From Vicugna vicugna (lineage: Eukaryota): a DNA stretch of 64,000 bases. Below, one piece after another: positions 25,377 through 38,405 of the stretch. The stretch spans positions 1,294,777-1,358,776 of the forward strand of contig MU058337.1 in the NCBI GenBank assembly GCA_013265495.1, given 5' to 3'. The notes under the pieces are model-generated. The model was not told the origin of the DNA. It made no database searches and saw only the letters and a program-made list of their open reading frames with translations. Position 1 is the stretch's first letter. Each line of letters begins with the position of its first letter. The position numbers were made by a program, and so were the translations under genes.

Positions 25377-25810
25377 AACATCAGTTTCCTGGGGTGGCTA
25401 AAGCAAAGTGCCACAAACTGGGGGATTCCAAAGACCAGAAATTTGTTCTCTCACGGTCCTGGAGGCCAGGAGTCAGAGAACAAGCGCGGTGCTGGTGGGG
25501 CTGGTTCCCTCTGGAGGCTGGGAGGAGAATGTGCTCTGGGCCCTCCCCTGGCCGGCCATCCCTGGGGTTCCCTGGTTTGCAGATGCATCACTCCCACCTC
25601 TGCCTCTGGTTACATCCCCACCCCACCCCCGTGCCCTCTCCTCTTCTCACAAGGACACCAGCCATTTGCGATGAAGGCCCACTCCAATGGTGGACCTTAC
25701 CCTGATTACATCTGCAAAGACTGCTTCCAAATTAGGTCATGTTCAAAGGTACAGGGGTTAGGACTGCAGTGTGTCATTCTAGGGAGGAGAATCACAATCC
25801 AGTCCATAAC
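25377..25810 (-). mobile_element. MLT1B/C-type solo LTR
   Basis: cagtttcctggggtggct...ccacaaactgggg...tgattacatctgcaaagactgcttccaaattaggtca...cacaatccagtccataac. Confidence 0.85.
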
Positions 25811-26116
25811 GATCAGTGTCCTAGACACCCTCTCACCCTCCCTTCTGGTCCCAACGCTCTCCCCACCCAGGGCGACCACCATTCTGACTTCTGACGGCCT
25901 CAACTTGTCTGCTGAGCTTCATTTAACTGATACGTATCAACTCTTTGGCTGTGATATGATTTTGAAGGGTGGTCTCCAAATGTTAGTCCTCACTCAAGAG
26001 TCTCTGAACCGGTCCCACTGTTAATATTCGGGCTAGCAATCACTGACATAACAGCATAGCTTTACAAGTCAGTTAGCCTATCATAAAATTATTATGCAAT
26101 TATTATGGAAGAGAAG

Positions 26117-26602
26117 TGAGGGGGTTCCGAACATGTTGCCTCCAAATGTGGGACCTGGACATACTGAGCACTGCAAGCTGAAGGAGTCTGAGGAACTGAC
26201 CTTCCTCCACCCTTCTCTTCTGAAACAAGGCCTAAGGCCCCCGTGTGAGAGGCACCCTCCCTACGCCCAGAGCAAAGGAGCACCCTGCTCCAAGAGGGAG
26301 GGGTGCCAAGCAGAAGCCCTGTGAACAAGCCTCCTTAAGTCTCTCCTGTTTACCACCCTCACCTAGTGCCCCACATCCCGGCCTGTCCTTCCGGGTTGTC
26401 CGCTCCTCCGCAAACTTAGCATAAAAACAGCCACACTGAACCCTCTGTTTGTGTCTTCATTGCGTTATGAAGGCTCCTGTGTCACGTTGACTTATATTAA
26501 ATAAACATGTATGCTTTTCTACTGTTCACCTGTCTTGTCAGTCTAATTTCAGACCAAGCCAGGGGCCCTAAAAGGGCCCAGGAAAACTTTTTCTTCCTTG
26601 CA
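26117..26602 (+). mobile_element. ERV1 solo LTR (MER34-like) with 4-bp TSD
   Basis: TG...CA termini, GAAG duplicated at 26113-26116 and 26603-26606, internal cataaaaa TATA-like box and aataaa. Confidence 0.85.
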
Positions 26603-27344
26603 GAAGAAAGCCAAGTGAGTTTGCTCATTGCAGACTTATTGTTTATTGCTTATTTGTTAAAGCATTGATTCCATCGCAGGGGTAACACTTTAAACAAACG
26701 CATCAGATACATGCAGTCGGCTCACCACCATTTGTAGCAGCAGGTGTGCAAGAAACCCACGCACCTGTCTGTGTGTCTCGGTGACTCCCCTCAGTTCTTA
26801 TTTTAAGCCAGTGTCCCACCAGGGTAGTAGCTGACTTTATGTTTTGGGGAGTAGGGTCTGGGGAGCTACGAGGCGAGGACCCAGGGAAGGGGCTGTGGGT
26901 TTCTCGGCTCACCGCCCTGCTGAGATGTCCATGGCCTCTGACTACAGGCTCTTCAACGCCCTCAGGCCACGAACTGGCTCAGCTCTCGAAACTACCCCCT
27001 GTACTTCTGAGATCTCTGAGCACCTTCCTGCTACTTCCAGGCTGTGTGTGGCCCTGGAAACACTGAGGCCATTTCTTTGCTCCCGTCGCCCTTGGGCTTT
27101 GCAGCTCCGGAGAACTCGGGGGAAGGGAGATGCAGATCCTGCTCTGATCGCATCCCCTTCCGCTCGGGACAGTCTACCCAGCCCAGGAAAATCTTTTTTT
27201 TTTTTTTTTAAATGAGGGGAGGGTGGTCTCTATCTTGATTATTCTCCCAACAATACTGTCGAAGCCTTGATTTTTCTAAATTCCCTCGAAGAGTTTTTTC
27301 AAGTCTATCCCTGTTTTAAAACAATGAACACAAAATGGACAACC

Positions 27345-27527
27345 TGGTTGTATAACTTTGGACAAGTTACTTATTCTAATCAAAGACAGTCCTTGACTAC
27401 CAAGAGGGGACAAGAACAGTGTCACTTCATAGAGTTTAGGGAGGGGGGTTAGATTAGCAGAGCTCATCCATAGAAACACTTGCAACTACGCCTGGCAGAT
27501 GCAGAGACTATGATATCAGTTATTACC
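27345..27527 (+). mobile_element. MIR fragment
   Basis: actttggacaagttactt...cttcatagagtt...cctggcaga. Confidence 0.6.
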
Positions 27528-28989
27528 AATTTATTTATTAACAGCATAAACGGAGAGGGTAAAACAACATAATAGAACTCAATTTGCAAAATAAGAACAA
27601 ACAGTTATTTCCTAAACTTATAAAAGTCATTCTAAACCCAATAACTGGATGGTTGAAATGAAGAACTCTATTGAGACACCAGCAATGGAAATGTTAATTA
27701 TGCGCTATTAGCTTCAATAATGGTAGCTCATGGCACTGTGAGAGTCTGCACACTTGCACGCGTCTTGGACAAAGGATTCCCCTCCTAGAGGTCAAAAAAA
27801 ATCTACAAGCAAAACCAGTTCTTTCCAATAAAGTAAAGCCATTCAAAAAAGATAGAGTGAAGGCATACATCATCTCATCTGAAAATACAGACAGAGAGAC
27901 AACGGCACCATGGAAACTACAGTTAACACTTCAAGTGACCACAGAACTAGCCGGCGCTGGGGAAGCCATGGGTTGTCAACACAACAGTCAGTCCTCACTG
28001 GCTGAACAAACACAAGCCAGGAAATAATCACTTCTCAAACGGGTTTCCATTTTATCACTTTCAGTGGTGTCAAATACACTACAATTAAGACTTAAGTAGC
28101 ACGTTAAGTGACATTGGTCTCACTGAATCTGCAGTCACTTTCACAGTCAACACTGTGTTTAGAGTGCCATACACTCAGTAGGGGAGAGTCAATATTAAAT
28201 GAAGAGATACTGATACCTAAGGTATCAGGTGTCTGACAGTTGACAGTCGTCTCGGTGGGAACACACGGAAACCCAGCTGGTGTCTGTCCCACCTGGCAAG
28301 TTGTGCTCATCAACAAGCTGAGAAGTGCTTTTGAAAGAGAGAATTAGTGACCAGCTGTCCTTCCTCCACATTAAAAGGAGAGGGGGAAATGTAACCACAA
28401 TGCAGCAGGAGCGATTTAAATTGTATGAGAGAGACAAGGAATTCGTGGACAGCGGGAGTTTTTGAACACTGGCAGATACTAGCAAAGGCAATTGTAGGAA
28501 CTTCTTTAAAGATATTAAAAAATCAAAGACATAATCAGTGCAGATTCAGGTACACTGATGCTTCAAATTAAGATACAGGGATTAAAGTAGACAGATTAGG
28601 GTGAACCAGGTAACCTAGGATTCTTTAAGATGGTTTTTTATCCCAGTCAACTGCAATGATTTTAAGAATGCAAATATTGAGAAAGTCAGACTTATCTCAA
28701 ACTTTCTGCAAATTTTGGAACTTGATTCCAAATACAAGTATTGCAGCTACTTTTTTTTAACAGCTACTTTCTATGTAGGAAGTCACTACTCGAAAATAAT
28801 TTGGTGGCTATCACAGAGACTAGCCATAGAAAAATTATCTAAAAATTCCAATCTGACCATTAATTTATCACATGTTCTGTGCTACAAATCATCAAGTACC
28901 CAGAAAGTGCCTTCCTAATGAGTGACTTAAACAAGAAAGTTCTAGTTCATTGTCTTTTTTTGTTATGATCAAATGTTTGTTAAAATAGA

Positions 28990-29300
28990 ATTCAATGCAG
29001 CAATGAACATAGTGTAGAATAATATTTAATGGACTGGGGAAAGGTTTATGATATATTGGTCTTTAAAAAAAAAGGAGATCACCTAACTATGTTAGCTACC
29101 ATTTAAAAAAAAAAGTTTTTAAAAAATGTGTTTATAAGCACAAGAAAAATACAAGAATAAAAGAATATAAACTAATACATTAGCAATACTTCTCAGTGAT
29201 AGAATTAAAGGTGACTTTTCTTTCTCTTCTGTTTTCTAAACTTTCTGCAATGAATACACATTATTTTATAATGAGAAACAAAAGCTCTTCTAAAAATAAA
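28990..29300 (+). mobile_element. Ancient L1 (L1ME-like) 3' end
   Basis: ggggaaaggtttatgatatattg...ggtgactttttctttctcttctgttttctaaactttctgcaatgaatacacattattttataat. Confidence 0.65.
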
Positions 29301-30529
29301 GAACATTGTGTCTCAATGGTGAAGAATAGATTAACATTCCCACAAAGAAAATGCTATCGTGGAGCAGAAAACACTTCAGGATGAGTCTACAGGCATCCTC
29401 TCATCCCCTAGGCCTCTCCTCCAGCCTGGGGGCAGGCAGGTAGGTTCACAAGGATGGAGCGGAGAGGTGATAACATCTATTCAAAAATACCAGCTGGCTA
29501 AACCAAATGCTGCAGAAATAGCCTGTCATTTTAGGGTATGATGAGTCATTTGGGTGGGAACTTGCTCTGGTGAAATAGAGCTACCCTCACGAAAACTATG
29601 CCTCTACACCCAAACTCAAATGCATCCAACATGCCTTATACTGTGGCTGAACTTGACCCGTGTGTATTCCAGTAATGAGGCATTTGGAAAGTTTGGATAA
29701 AGGATGAGCCAAAATCTTTCCCCCCATTGGCAAAATCTTTCCCCACATTACAAACGAATTACAGGGCTTGTGTTTAAAATACACAAAAGCCTTTTCAAAC
29801 AACATCACATTCTAATTTATTAAAGCAAATTCTTTCTAGACCTACTTAAATTATATGTACTTTGCAGTAATAAATTGTGTTTTTCCATTCAAATATAATA
29901 TAGTTTTTTAATAGTCAGTAATATACCTAAAACTTCCACATTGGAATCAGAGCATGACCATACAGAGGACTGAAAGAGATGTCCGGTGCTGTCTAAACCT
30001 CTTTAAAGATCACCAGCGTAGGGAATCAAGCCTCTGCATGTGTACTTTGTATCACAGAGACTAACTGTCGATATTTGTTTTAAACTACGTGTTGAAGAAA
30101 AGATCGGATGTGACCAAGGTCTCTTGCCTGGACTTAGAAAAGGGACCAGCACTTTATCCTTGGAAGCATCAGCCTGCGGTGGAAACCCCGGGATGACAGA
30201 AGTTCCCGAGGAAACCCCAGGTTTCTTTGAGGGAATGCAGGAGTGCTTGCTCCATCACCCTGTGTGGTCTCGGGAGGCTGCAGCTCCTTAGAGAAGCCTC
30301 AGGACCAACAGTCTGCCCTCCAGAGCAGCAGCGCTCTCCAGGGGCGGTCCCGTCCCCCAACAGCACCGCCTGCACCTGTGAAGGACAGATCTGAGGACCC
30401 AGCTCACACCTGCCAAATCAGAAACTCCGGGGTGAGGCTCGGCAAGCCGTTTAACAAGCCTCCCAGTGGCTCCAGTGCCGGCTCTCGCTCCGCCGCTGTG
30501 GACGTCCAGTCACCAAGGGCAGCGTTAAG

Positions 30530-30865
30530 CGAGACGGCTGTGGAGGTCACTGGTGATGAGCGCTCTTCCCCACACACTCCCCGTGCTGTCCCGGGGCCTG
30601 CGGCGGGACTGCACTTGCCTCATCCTGGAAGTCAGGTGTGGCCCTGTGATTTGCTTTGGCCAATAAACTGTGAGCAGAACGCCACGTTCCATGTGCGAGG
30701 TGACAGCTACAGCATGGCCAGGGCCCTGGGGGGATGTGGAGCAGAGCCCCAGATGCCCCCTGAGGGACATGCCACACAAGCAGAAGTAAACCATTCCTTC
30801 GTTAAGCCACTGATCTTTGGGAGCTGCATGTTGCCACACTTAACCTCGCCTACCCTGACTGATAA
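30530..30865 (+). mobile_element. MLT1I/J-type LTR
   Basis: tcaggtgtggccctgtgatttgctttggccaataaactgtgagcagaa...gttaagccactgatctttggg...cctaccctgactgata. Confidence 0.75.
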
Positions 30866-31449
30866 GAGAGATCCAAGGACCATGTGGTACTGCCCAGAAC
30901 ATCCCACCAGCGTGGCTGATAAGGCGACATACGTCTCAGGCACAGTTCCATCACCAGCCTAGAACAGAGCATCCCTGGGCTCCCCAAGAGAGAAAAAAAA
31001 AAAAGGGAGAGAAGAACAAAGACAAGTAAACTGGAAGAGGGAAACTGTACAATCAAAGACTTAAAATATTGTGGTTCTAGTAACCATAGGTCACAGCGGG
31101 GACAACAGGTAACTGCAGACACCGTGGACACGTGAATCTCAAACACCAAGCACGGCAGAGCCCTTCAGCAAAAGGCATGGATGAGAGGCTTTTCCACTGG
31201 TGTCATCAAAATGCAAACCCCCGGTGCCAGCTTGGAAGAAAGAATAGAGAAGAAGGAAGGAGGCAACAGGACAGACTGAGGATTCACATCAGGATCAGAA
31301 CTGACGGAGTTAAGCTATGATTGACGGTGTTACCTGGAACGAGGCGTGTTTGCTGTCTGCTACAAGAGCAAAATGAAGGCTCATGGGCACGCGAAAGAGA
31401 AATGCAGACAGCTACATTTGTGCACGTCTGATTTGTGCTGCGATGTTTT

Positions 31450-32115
31450 AAATCTAGTAAAGGCAATAAGAAATAAACACACTCAGAGTGTGGGACACGA
31501 CAAGAGACAGTCACAGGGCAACGGGGCAGAGGAGTCTAGGGACATGGAGCCGCCTTACAAAGGGTGGCCCTGGAAGGCTTTTTTGGGAAGTGACTCTTCC
31601 ACTTTTTGAGCTTCTGAGCTGAGTCCTGGCGATGGGAAGGAGCCAGCACTTGGCGGGTCTGGGGACAGCGACATCCTGGCAAAGGAAAGAGCAAATGCAG
31701 AGGCCCAGAGGCAGGTATCAGTGTCAAGTGACACTGAGAGCATCTCTGCATCTTCGAGGCCAGAAGGCGTTCTCACCCCGGACGCCCCAGAGAATCACGC
31801 CCTGTGGGAAATGACTTGAGTGACATGTCCTCAGTTCTCTCAAGTGTGTACCATTCTAGGTGCACAGCAGAGTCATTATGCACAGTGCATGCTTCGGGAA
31901 CCAGGGCTCATTCTCTCACAGAGCCTCAACTGAGAAGGGCTGGCTGGATGATGAGCTGTTGGGAGGAGACTTAGATGAAGACAGCAAGGTAGGTGATGGG
32001 TTTTACTGTATGCACAGTGGCCGGTCCTGGAGGGTTTTAAGCACTGGAATGCTACAGCCCGACTCACTTTTGTGTAAGGTCACTAGCTGCTGTTTGGAGA
32101 ACGGACTGTGGAAAG
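31450..32115 (-). mobile_element. LINE-2 fragments
   Basis: gagctgagtcctgg...aaaggaaagagcaaatgcagaggcccagaggcagg and ggagggttttaagcactggaat...ggtcactagctgctgtttggagaacggactg. Confidence 0.75.
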
Positions 32116-32769
32116 TCAAAAGAAAAGACTCCACGTGAAAGATGGCAAGACGAAGCCAGCTGGAGCAGGATAGGATGAGAGTCAAATCCAGAATAAACTG
32201 CAATGTAGAGCCATTCCAGAGGGCCATTCTCTCTCCCCCGTGACCATGAAGTTCCCTCCTGCCCCACATGGCCTTCCTCTCCATGCATGCTCTGAGCTGT
32301 CCCAGCTGGCAGCATCACCGCTGCCAAGCTGTTCGATGATTCCAGGCATGCATTGCCTTTGACGTAATGCGTATCTTTAAATTGCCACGTGGTACAAGGA
32401 CTACGGGTCCTATAACTCTGTCTGCACTGGCAACGCGCCTACTGTAAGGTTTTAGAATTGGGGAAGTATTCATATCACTCCTGCAAAATGAATGGTTTTC
32501 CAAAAAGCAGACGTTGGCACTTAGAGGGTTAATCTCAAGTTATTTGGAAAATTCTCAAAGGTGAAGCTTCTCATTCCTGCACAACACTGGACAAAGAGAG
32601 AATTACCATTCTTGCCTGTGGACTATGGTTTCCAAAGAGCTAAAAAAGGATTTTCCTATTCTCAGATTTCACGCAGCATAAATAGTTGTTCCTAATCCAT
32701 TTGTTGTCAGGATAAAGGCACCTTGCTAGAGTAATGACAGTGTATTTGACCTCACACGGCCAGATGGTG

Positions 32770-33157
32770 AGACTGTAGAGGGACCAGCTAGAGATCTGGG
32801 ACTGTTTAGTTCACAGCAGAACATAACATGAAGGAGAAACACGTGTCCTGACCGTGTCTTGATGTTGAAGAGGCTCTCTGATAGGAGAGGACTTAGATGC
32901 TCTAAACAGCCCCAAGAAGTCTTGCTAGGAATAAAAATTAGATATTTCAGGGAGATGAGTATTTACTTAAGATGAAGGACAGCGTTACAATTTTCAGAAC
33001 TCTCCAACGACAGAATGAATGACCTGCTAAGGTACTGAGTCCTCTTTCACTTGAGGCATCAAGAAGCGGCATAAATATTTACCAGGAAGTCTACAGGCCA
33101 TCCCAAACACTGCAGGGTTGGAGCTAGCGTCTTTCAACCTGGGATTCTTTGATTCTA
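32770..33157 (+). mobile_element. L3/CR1 3' end
   Basis: ctgggactgtttagttc...ggtactgagtcctctttcacttgagg...ctttcaacctgggattctttgattcta is a CR1-type tail. Confidence 0.7.
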
Positions 33158-33159
33158 TC

Positions 33160-33370
33160 ATAACAGTGAAAATATACAGAGCTTCAGCCACATGCCACAT
33201 CCTGGCCTGAGCATTTTATACATATTACCTCAGTTCACTGTCAAAACAACTACTATTACACCTGTGATTAAAGATGAGAAAACTGAGGCACAGACACATT
33301 GAATAACTTGCCTTAGTCCTCAAAGCTAGTAAGAGCTTGATATCAGATGTTCTTTCCGAGCCCAGATTTT
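33160..33370 (-). mobile_element. MIR
   Basis: agatgagaaaactgaggcacagacacattgaataacttgcct. Confidence 0.75.
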
Positions 33371-35216
33371 CAGTTCGCCTCTCATAATCCTATGACAGGT
33401 GTGAGTCCAAAATGGGAAGGAGCTTGCCTGGAATGTGCGTAAGGGGTAGACAAAGGGACGGTCTTAGGAAGGGTGTGCCAAGGAGATGTCACCTTGAACC
33501 AATGGCACAGACATTCGCAAGCTTCAAAGACTAGAACGAGGCTCTCATTCTCCTGTGTGATGAGCAGAGCGCAGATCAGTAAACACACTGCTTCAGAGTG
33601 TGACCCAGATTCGATTTTGTGAATATGAAAACTGTGTATTTTAATTCTCCCTATAAATCAAGTTTCCTGAACCATTAAGACGAATCTTTGAAGTTTAATG
33701 GCCCAGGAAAGAAAAGAGAAGGTACCTCCTAAAACTAAGACAGGACACTGGGTTTAGAGAGAAGGGGACACAGTGCAGGAGTGGTAACTACCAGATAGAA
33801 AGCGGAGGAGCGGGGGAAATAGAGGAAGGAGGCAAGAAGCCCCGTGCAGGTTTGACACAGGATCGACCGTGGGGGAGTGAGGTGGAAACACCCTTGGCTT
33901 GTCGAGACGGCTGCTGAACGCGAAGGCCTCCTGCCCTGACCCCTACTCTGGACTCTGGAGGAGGACGTTGTAACCGATGTCCCTGCACTGGTGCAGGGGC
34001 AAGGGGAGGGCGCTCATGGGGACCCAGAGGTTACCAAACATTCCCAGAGGGGGACAGGAAAGTAACTGAGTCAAGAGCCAGACGGTCAGTAAGGAAGTTT
34101 CTGCCGTGATGGTGAGATTGTCCGCAGGAGCCAAAGGGTAGAAGGCCCAACCCTGAGGCCAGTTCGAGGGCCCAGAGCTGACAGACACCCACAAGAGCAA
34201 GAAGGTAACTGATGGGGGTTTTGAACACCCTGGTCATGGTGGATGCCAACAGGAACACACTGACCAGAAGCGCTGCAGCGAGCTTGGGAATGACCCGCAC
34301 GGCAGGAGGCAGCCCGGGCGTGGCCTGGAGGGTTCAAGGACGCCGGGCGAGCCTGAGGCTCATCTCACGTCCGTGAGGACACGCAGTTGTTCTCTTTACG
34401 CAAACGCTGGTTTTGGTGAGAAGCATCATGGAGATACGCTAAGACAGTAACCATAGCATTTTTTAAATTAAAAAGACAGATCTGAGCATTTGGACAAAAG
34501 ACACCGAGTTCACCAACATGAAGCTAATTCAAAATCAAGACAAGGTTCACTTTCATCAGCCATTTTACATGTTTTCCCTTCACCAACTGGTATGAATGCA
34601 AGTTTGGTTTAACAGCGGATAAATAAAGAACTATGACACGTGTTTTTTCCCCCCACATCCCAATTTTCTGAGAGTTAAATTGTCCCCTCTAAACACACAA
34701 TGAAAGAAATAAAGTTAAGCGTCTTGAACTATTTGTACAAGAGGTTTTATGAATGCATTTAATTTACCTGGGAGACATTTCTCACTGTTCCATTGAAGCG
34801 ATGATAATTGGAAAAAAACCAAACTGGCATCACTGTCCACCGACGGCTCCAGGATGTGCAGGCCCCCTGACTGGACAGCCCCTCACTGGGAAGCTGCATC
34901 AAAGGTAAATTTCAGTTCCTGATGCTTCTGACTTCTAACATTTGCCAAATGCATTCTCCACTAGACCCTGAAGAGTTGCCCAGCAATTCCATTTAGGATG
35001 TATCACTAACTGTCTGTAAGCCCACATACAGCACTGAAAGTGTGCACTACAATAAAGACAGCATTATTTTAATCCTGTAGTTAACTACTGCTTGTATTTT
35101 GCTGCCTCATTTCAAATTATCGCACTTGCTAGAAAATTGTACACATTGCAATGTAAAACAATTCTGAAATATGAACCATCTATAAATGGATTTTAAGCAT
35201 ATAAAAAGGTATTTTT

Positions 35217-36352
35217 AGCACTGTTTTCTTAGGTCAGTCTCCCAAGGCAAAAGAAACAGATGTGAAAATAAACAAATGGGATCTAATCAAACTTATAAGC
35301 TTTTGTACAGCAAAGGAAATCATAAACAAAATGAAAAGACAATCTATGGAATAGGATAAAATATTTGCAAATGATGCAACCAACAAGGGCTTAATTTCCA
35401 AAATATACAAATAGCTCAATAAAAAAATAATAATAATAATAACTCAATCAAAAAACGGGCAGAAGCCCTAAATAGACATTTCTCCAAGGAAGATATACAG
35501 ATGGCCAACAGACACATGAAAAGATGCTCAACATCACTAATTATTAGAGAAAAGCAAATCCAAACTATAGTGAGGTACCACCTCACAACAGTCAGAATGG
35601 TCACCATCAAAAAACTTATAAATAAGAAATGCTGGAGAGAGTATGGAGAAAAGGGAATCCTCCTACACTGTTAGTGGGAATGTAAATTGGTGCAGTCACT
35701 ATGGAGAACAATATGGAGGGTACTTTAAAAACTAAAAATAGAGCTACCATATGATCCAGCAATCCCATTCCTGGGCATATATCCAGAAAAGACAAAAAAC
35801 TCTAATTTGAAAAGATACATGCACCCCAACATTCATAGCAGTACTATTTATAATAACCAAGACGTGGAAGCAACCTAAATGTCCATCGGCAGGTGAATGA
35901 ATAAAGATAATGTGATACATATATATAATGGAATATTACTCAGCCATAAAAGGAACGACATTTTGCCACTGGCAACAACATGGATGGGCCTAGAGATTAT
36001 CATACTAAGTAAGTCAGAGAGAGACAAATATGATATGATGTCACTTATTTGTGGAATCTAAAAAAGGATACAAATGAACTTATTTACAAACAGAAACAGA
36101 CATAGACATGGTTATGAAAGGGGAAGGTGGGGGAGGGATAAATTAGGAGTTTGGGTTAACAGATACACACTAGTATATGTAAAAGAGATAAATAACAAGG
36201 ACCTGCTGTATAGCACAGGGAGCTGTATTCCATATCTTGTAGTAACCTACAATGGAAAAGAATCTGAAAAAGAACATACATATATATTTGAATCAGCTGT
36301 ACACCTGAAACTAACAGAATATTGTAAATCAACTATACATTAATGAAAAAAA
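35217..36352 (+). mobile_element. 5'-truncated cetartiodactyl-type L1 (ORF2 C-terminus plus 3' UTR)
   Basis: Well-preserved ORF2 end including the Cys-rich tgctggagag...tgggaatgtaaattggtgcag segment; probable TSD aaaaaggt(g)attttt at 35203-35216 and 36360-36374. Confidence 0.95.
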
Positions 36353-36859
36353 TCTTTTTAAAAAGGTGATTTTTTTTGGTCATAGTGAGAAATAATATAT
36401 ATAATTTACACAGTTTATAAAATTTGGGGTACACTAATATGATGAAAAGGAAAGAGATACATGAAATATGAGTTAAATCTTTATTGTGAGCTAGGTTTCT
36501 TTTTTTAATTTCACTTTAATTCAATTTGATTCAAAAGTGCAGCATCATTGCAAAATAGTATCTAATGCAGGAGACTTCCTGTCTAGTGCTACCTCAGTAC
36601 CTGCTTGAGGAACTAGCGTTTTACATTAGTGGGAAAACATTAATATAAAGTTATTAACTAACTAAATATGAATAAATAAAAGAATGTTGCAGACAGCAAA
36701 TTGAAGACAATCTATATGGTAAAACTTTATTGACCATGTTTGGAAAAGTAGAAAACGAGATTCCAGACTTGGGGCGTATGCCAGTTACGCCAACTGAGAA
36801 GAATGAGTGTCTCCAACCCTGTTTGTCCCTCGCAGGGAGACTAGACTTCACAACGTAAA

Positions 36860-36897
36860 ATGCAGAACAAGTGTCGGCGAGAGGAAATGAAACCTAA
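36860..36897 (+). CDS. Candidate gene, first coding exon (MQNKCRREEMKP; exon 36836-36897)
   Basis: Acceptor tgtttgtccctcgcag|, in-frame upstream TAG, ATG with A at -3, donor TAA|gtaagt; ends in phase 2. Confidence 0.45.
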
Positions 36898-37656
36898 GTA
36901 AGTAGGTGAGGGCACTGAAAAGTAGCATCCGGGTACCAACACAATGTAAGTATTTTTAAGCAACTGTTCTGAGAAGCTCTAGTGTGGCTTTGGCCTGAAC
37001 AGCAGGGAGGGGCGCGTTTTCAGCCAGTGGGATGACCGACAGTTCTTAAATTCTGCAGAACGATCAGCTGCCCCCGACCCAAGTAATGTTTATAGGGGGA
37101 AGCTGAAGAGCTCTTTTCTCTTTATCTCATGAGCATTTTGTGTCTTACTAATCACTTTTTTATACTGAAAGGAAAAGAGGATCTCCTCGCAGTTATTTGG
37201 ATGACGGAACTTCTTTATGGCAGAATGTGGAGCCTCGTGCATGCCTTAAACAGCCGTCCCACTACACACACAGTCCTGCATTCGTATTTTGACGTTCTTG
37301 CTATGGTTGATAGAAATCCCTGTTTCAAGTATGTTTGTTCTTTCTTTTGAAAACGTTTGCTGAGTTAACAATGGTTACTTTAAACAATTTTCTCAAAAAA
37401 AATCACTGGAGTCCAGTTGGCCAAGGACCTAGGACGCTGAGTATTGGATTGGACATCCTCACAGGTATTAAAGAGACAGAACAACCGTTCAGGGTAGAAA
37501 CATGAGTTGGGCGCTGAGGTCCACAATGATTTGAGGGCATGTTCAAGAGTTTGGCCATCAAAAATGGAAAAATAAGGTACCTGAGGGTATAACCTGAGGG
37601 CAGGACCCTCAAAGGAAGATGTTTTGAACGTGAAGCCACGGTCAACACAGCAACAG

Positions 37657-38158
37657 TGTGCTCGTTTCTTAGGGATGCCGTAGCAAATCACCGCAAATTG
37701 AGTGGCTTCAAGCAACACAAAAACTTATTCATTTACAGTTCTGGAGCCCAGCAGCTCAAAACAAGCCTCCGAGGCTACCCTGCTCACCCCTGCAGAGGCT
37801 CCAGGGCAGGTCCCCCTGGCTCGCCTCCAGTTTCTGGCGTCCACTTGTTTTGCAACCTCCTAACTCCAATCTCTACCTCCGTGGTCATATCGCCTTCTCC
37901 AGTTCTGTCTGGATGTGTCATCAAACATCCCTCTGCCTCTTTTTCGTAAGGATAAATGTGACTGCATTTGGGTTTACCTGGATTACTCAGAATTATCTCA
38001 CTCAAGATCTAACTTAATCACATCTGCAAAGCCTTCTCTCCCTGTCTCTGTCTCTCTCTGTCTCATCTCTGTCTCCTTCGCCATATAAGGTAACATTCAC
38101 AGGATCCAGAGGTTAGGGTGTGGCCATCTTCCGGGGTGCCTTTGTTCAGTCCTCTGCA
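37657..38158 (-). mobile_element. MLT1C/D-type solo LTR
   Basis: tgtgctcgtttcttagggatgccgtagcaaatcacc...aacttaatcacatctgcaaag...ccatataaggtaacattcacagg. Confidence 0.85.
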
Positions 38159-38189
38159 GAGGCTACCGTGGATATGGCAGGAGCCTTCC

Positions 38190-38405
38190 TGGGGAAGAGC
38201 CGGGACTCACTCAGACCACGGGGCAGTGCCAGTTTTTGTAAACAGAGTTCATGGGCGCGTGGCCATGCAAATTGTTTACGTGTCACCTCTGGCGGCTTTC
38301 CCGCTACAAGAGCAGAATTGAGCAGTTGATACAGTAGCCATATGGTCCTCAAAGCTGAAACTGTTTACTGTTTGGCCCTTTTCAGAAAAAGTTTGCCGAT
38401 CCCTG
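38190..38405. mobile_element. MER58-like hAT DNA transposon
   Basis: gtttttgtaaacagagtt...agcagaattgagcagttg...tttactgtttggcccttttcagaaaaagtttgccgatccctg terminus. Confidence 0.8.

Noticed and set aside
25443..26024. 193-aa ORF
   Set aside because: Lies across an MLT1 LTR and adjacent repeat fragments.
29711..29749. ~20-bp tandem duplication (similar short ones at ~5960 and ~11230)
   Set aside because: Ordinary slippage duplications with no further structure.
30243..30962. 239-aa ORF
   Set aside because: Non-ATG start, runs through an MLT1 LTR, GC-rich low-information peptide.
35234..35610. Hydrophobic minus-strand ORFs
   Set aside because: Antisense translations of L1 ORF2.
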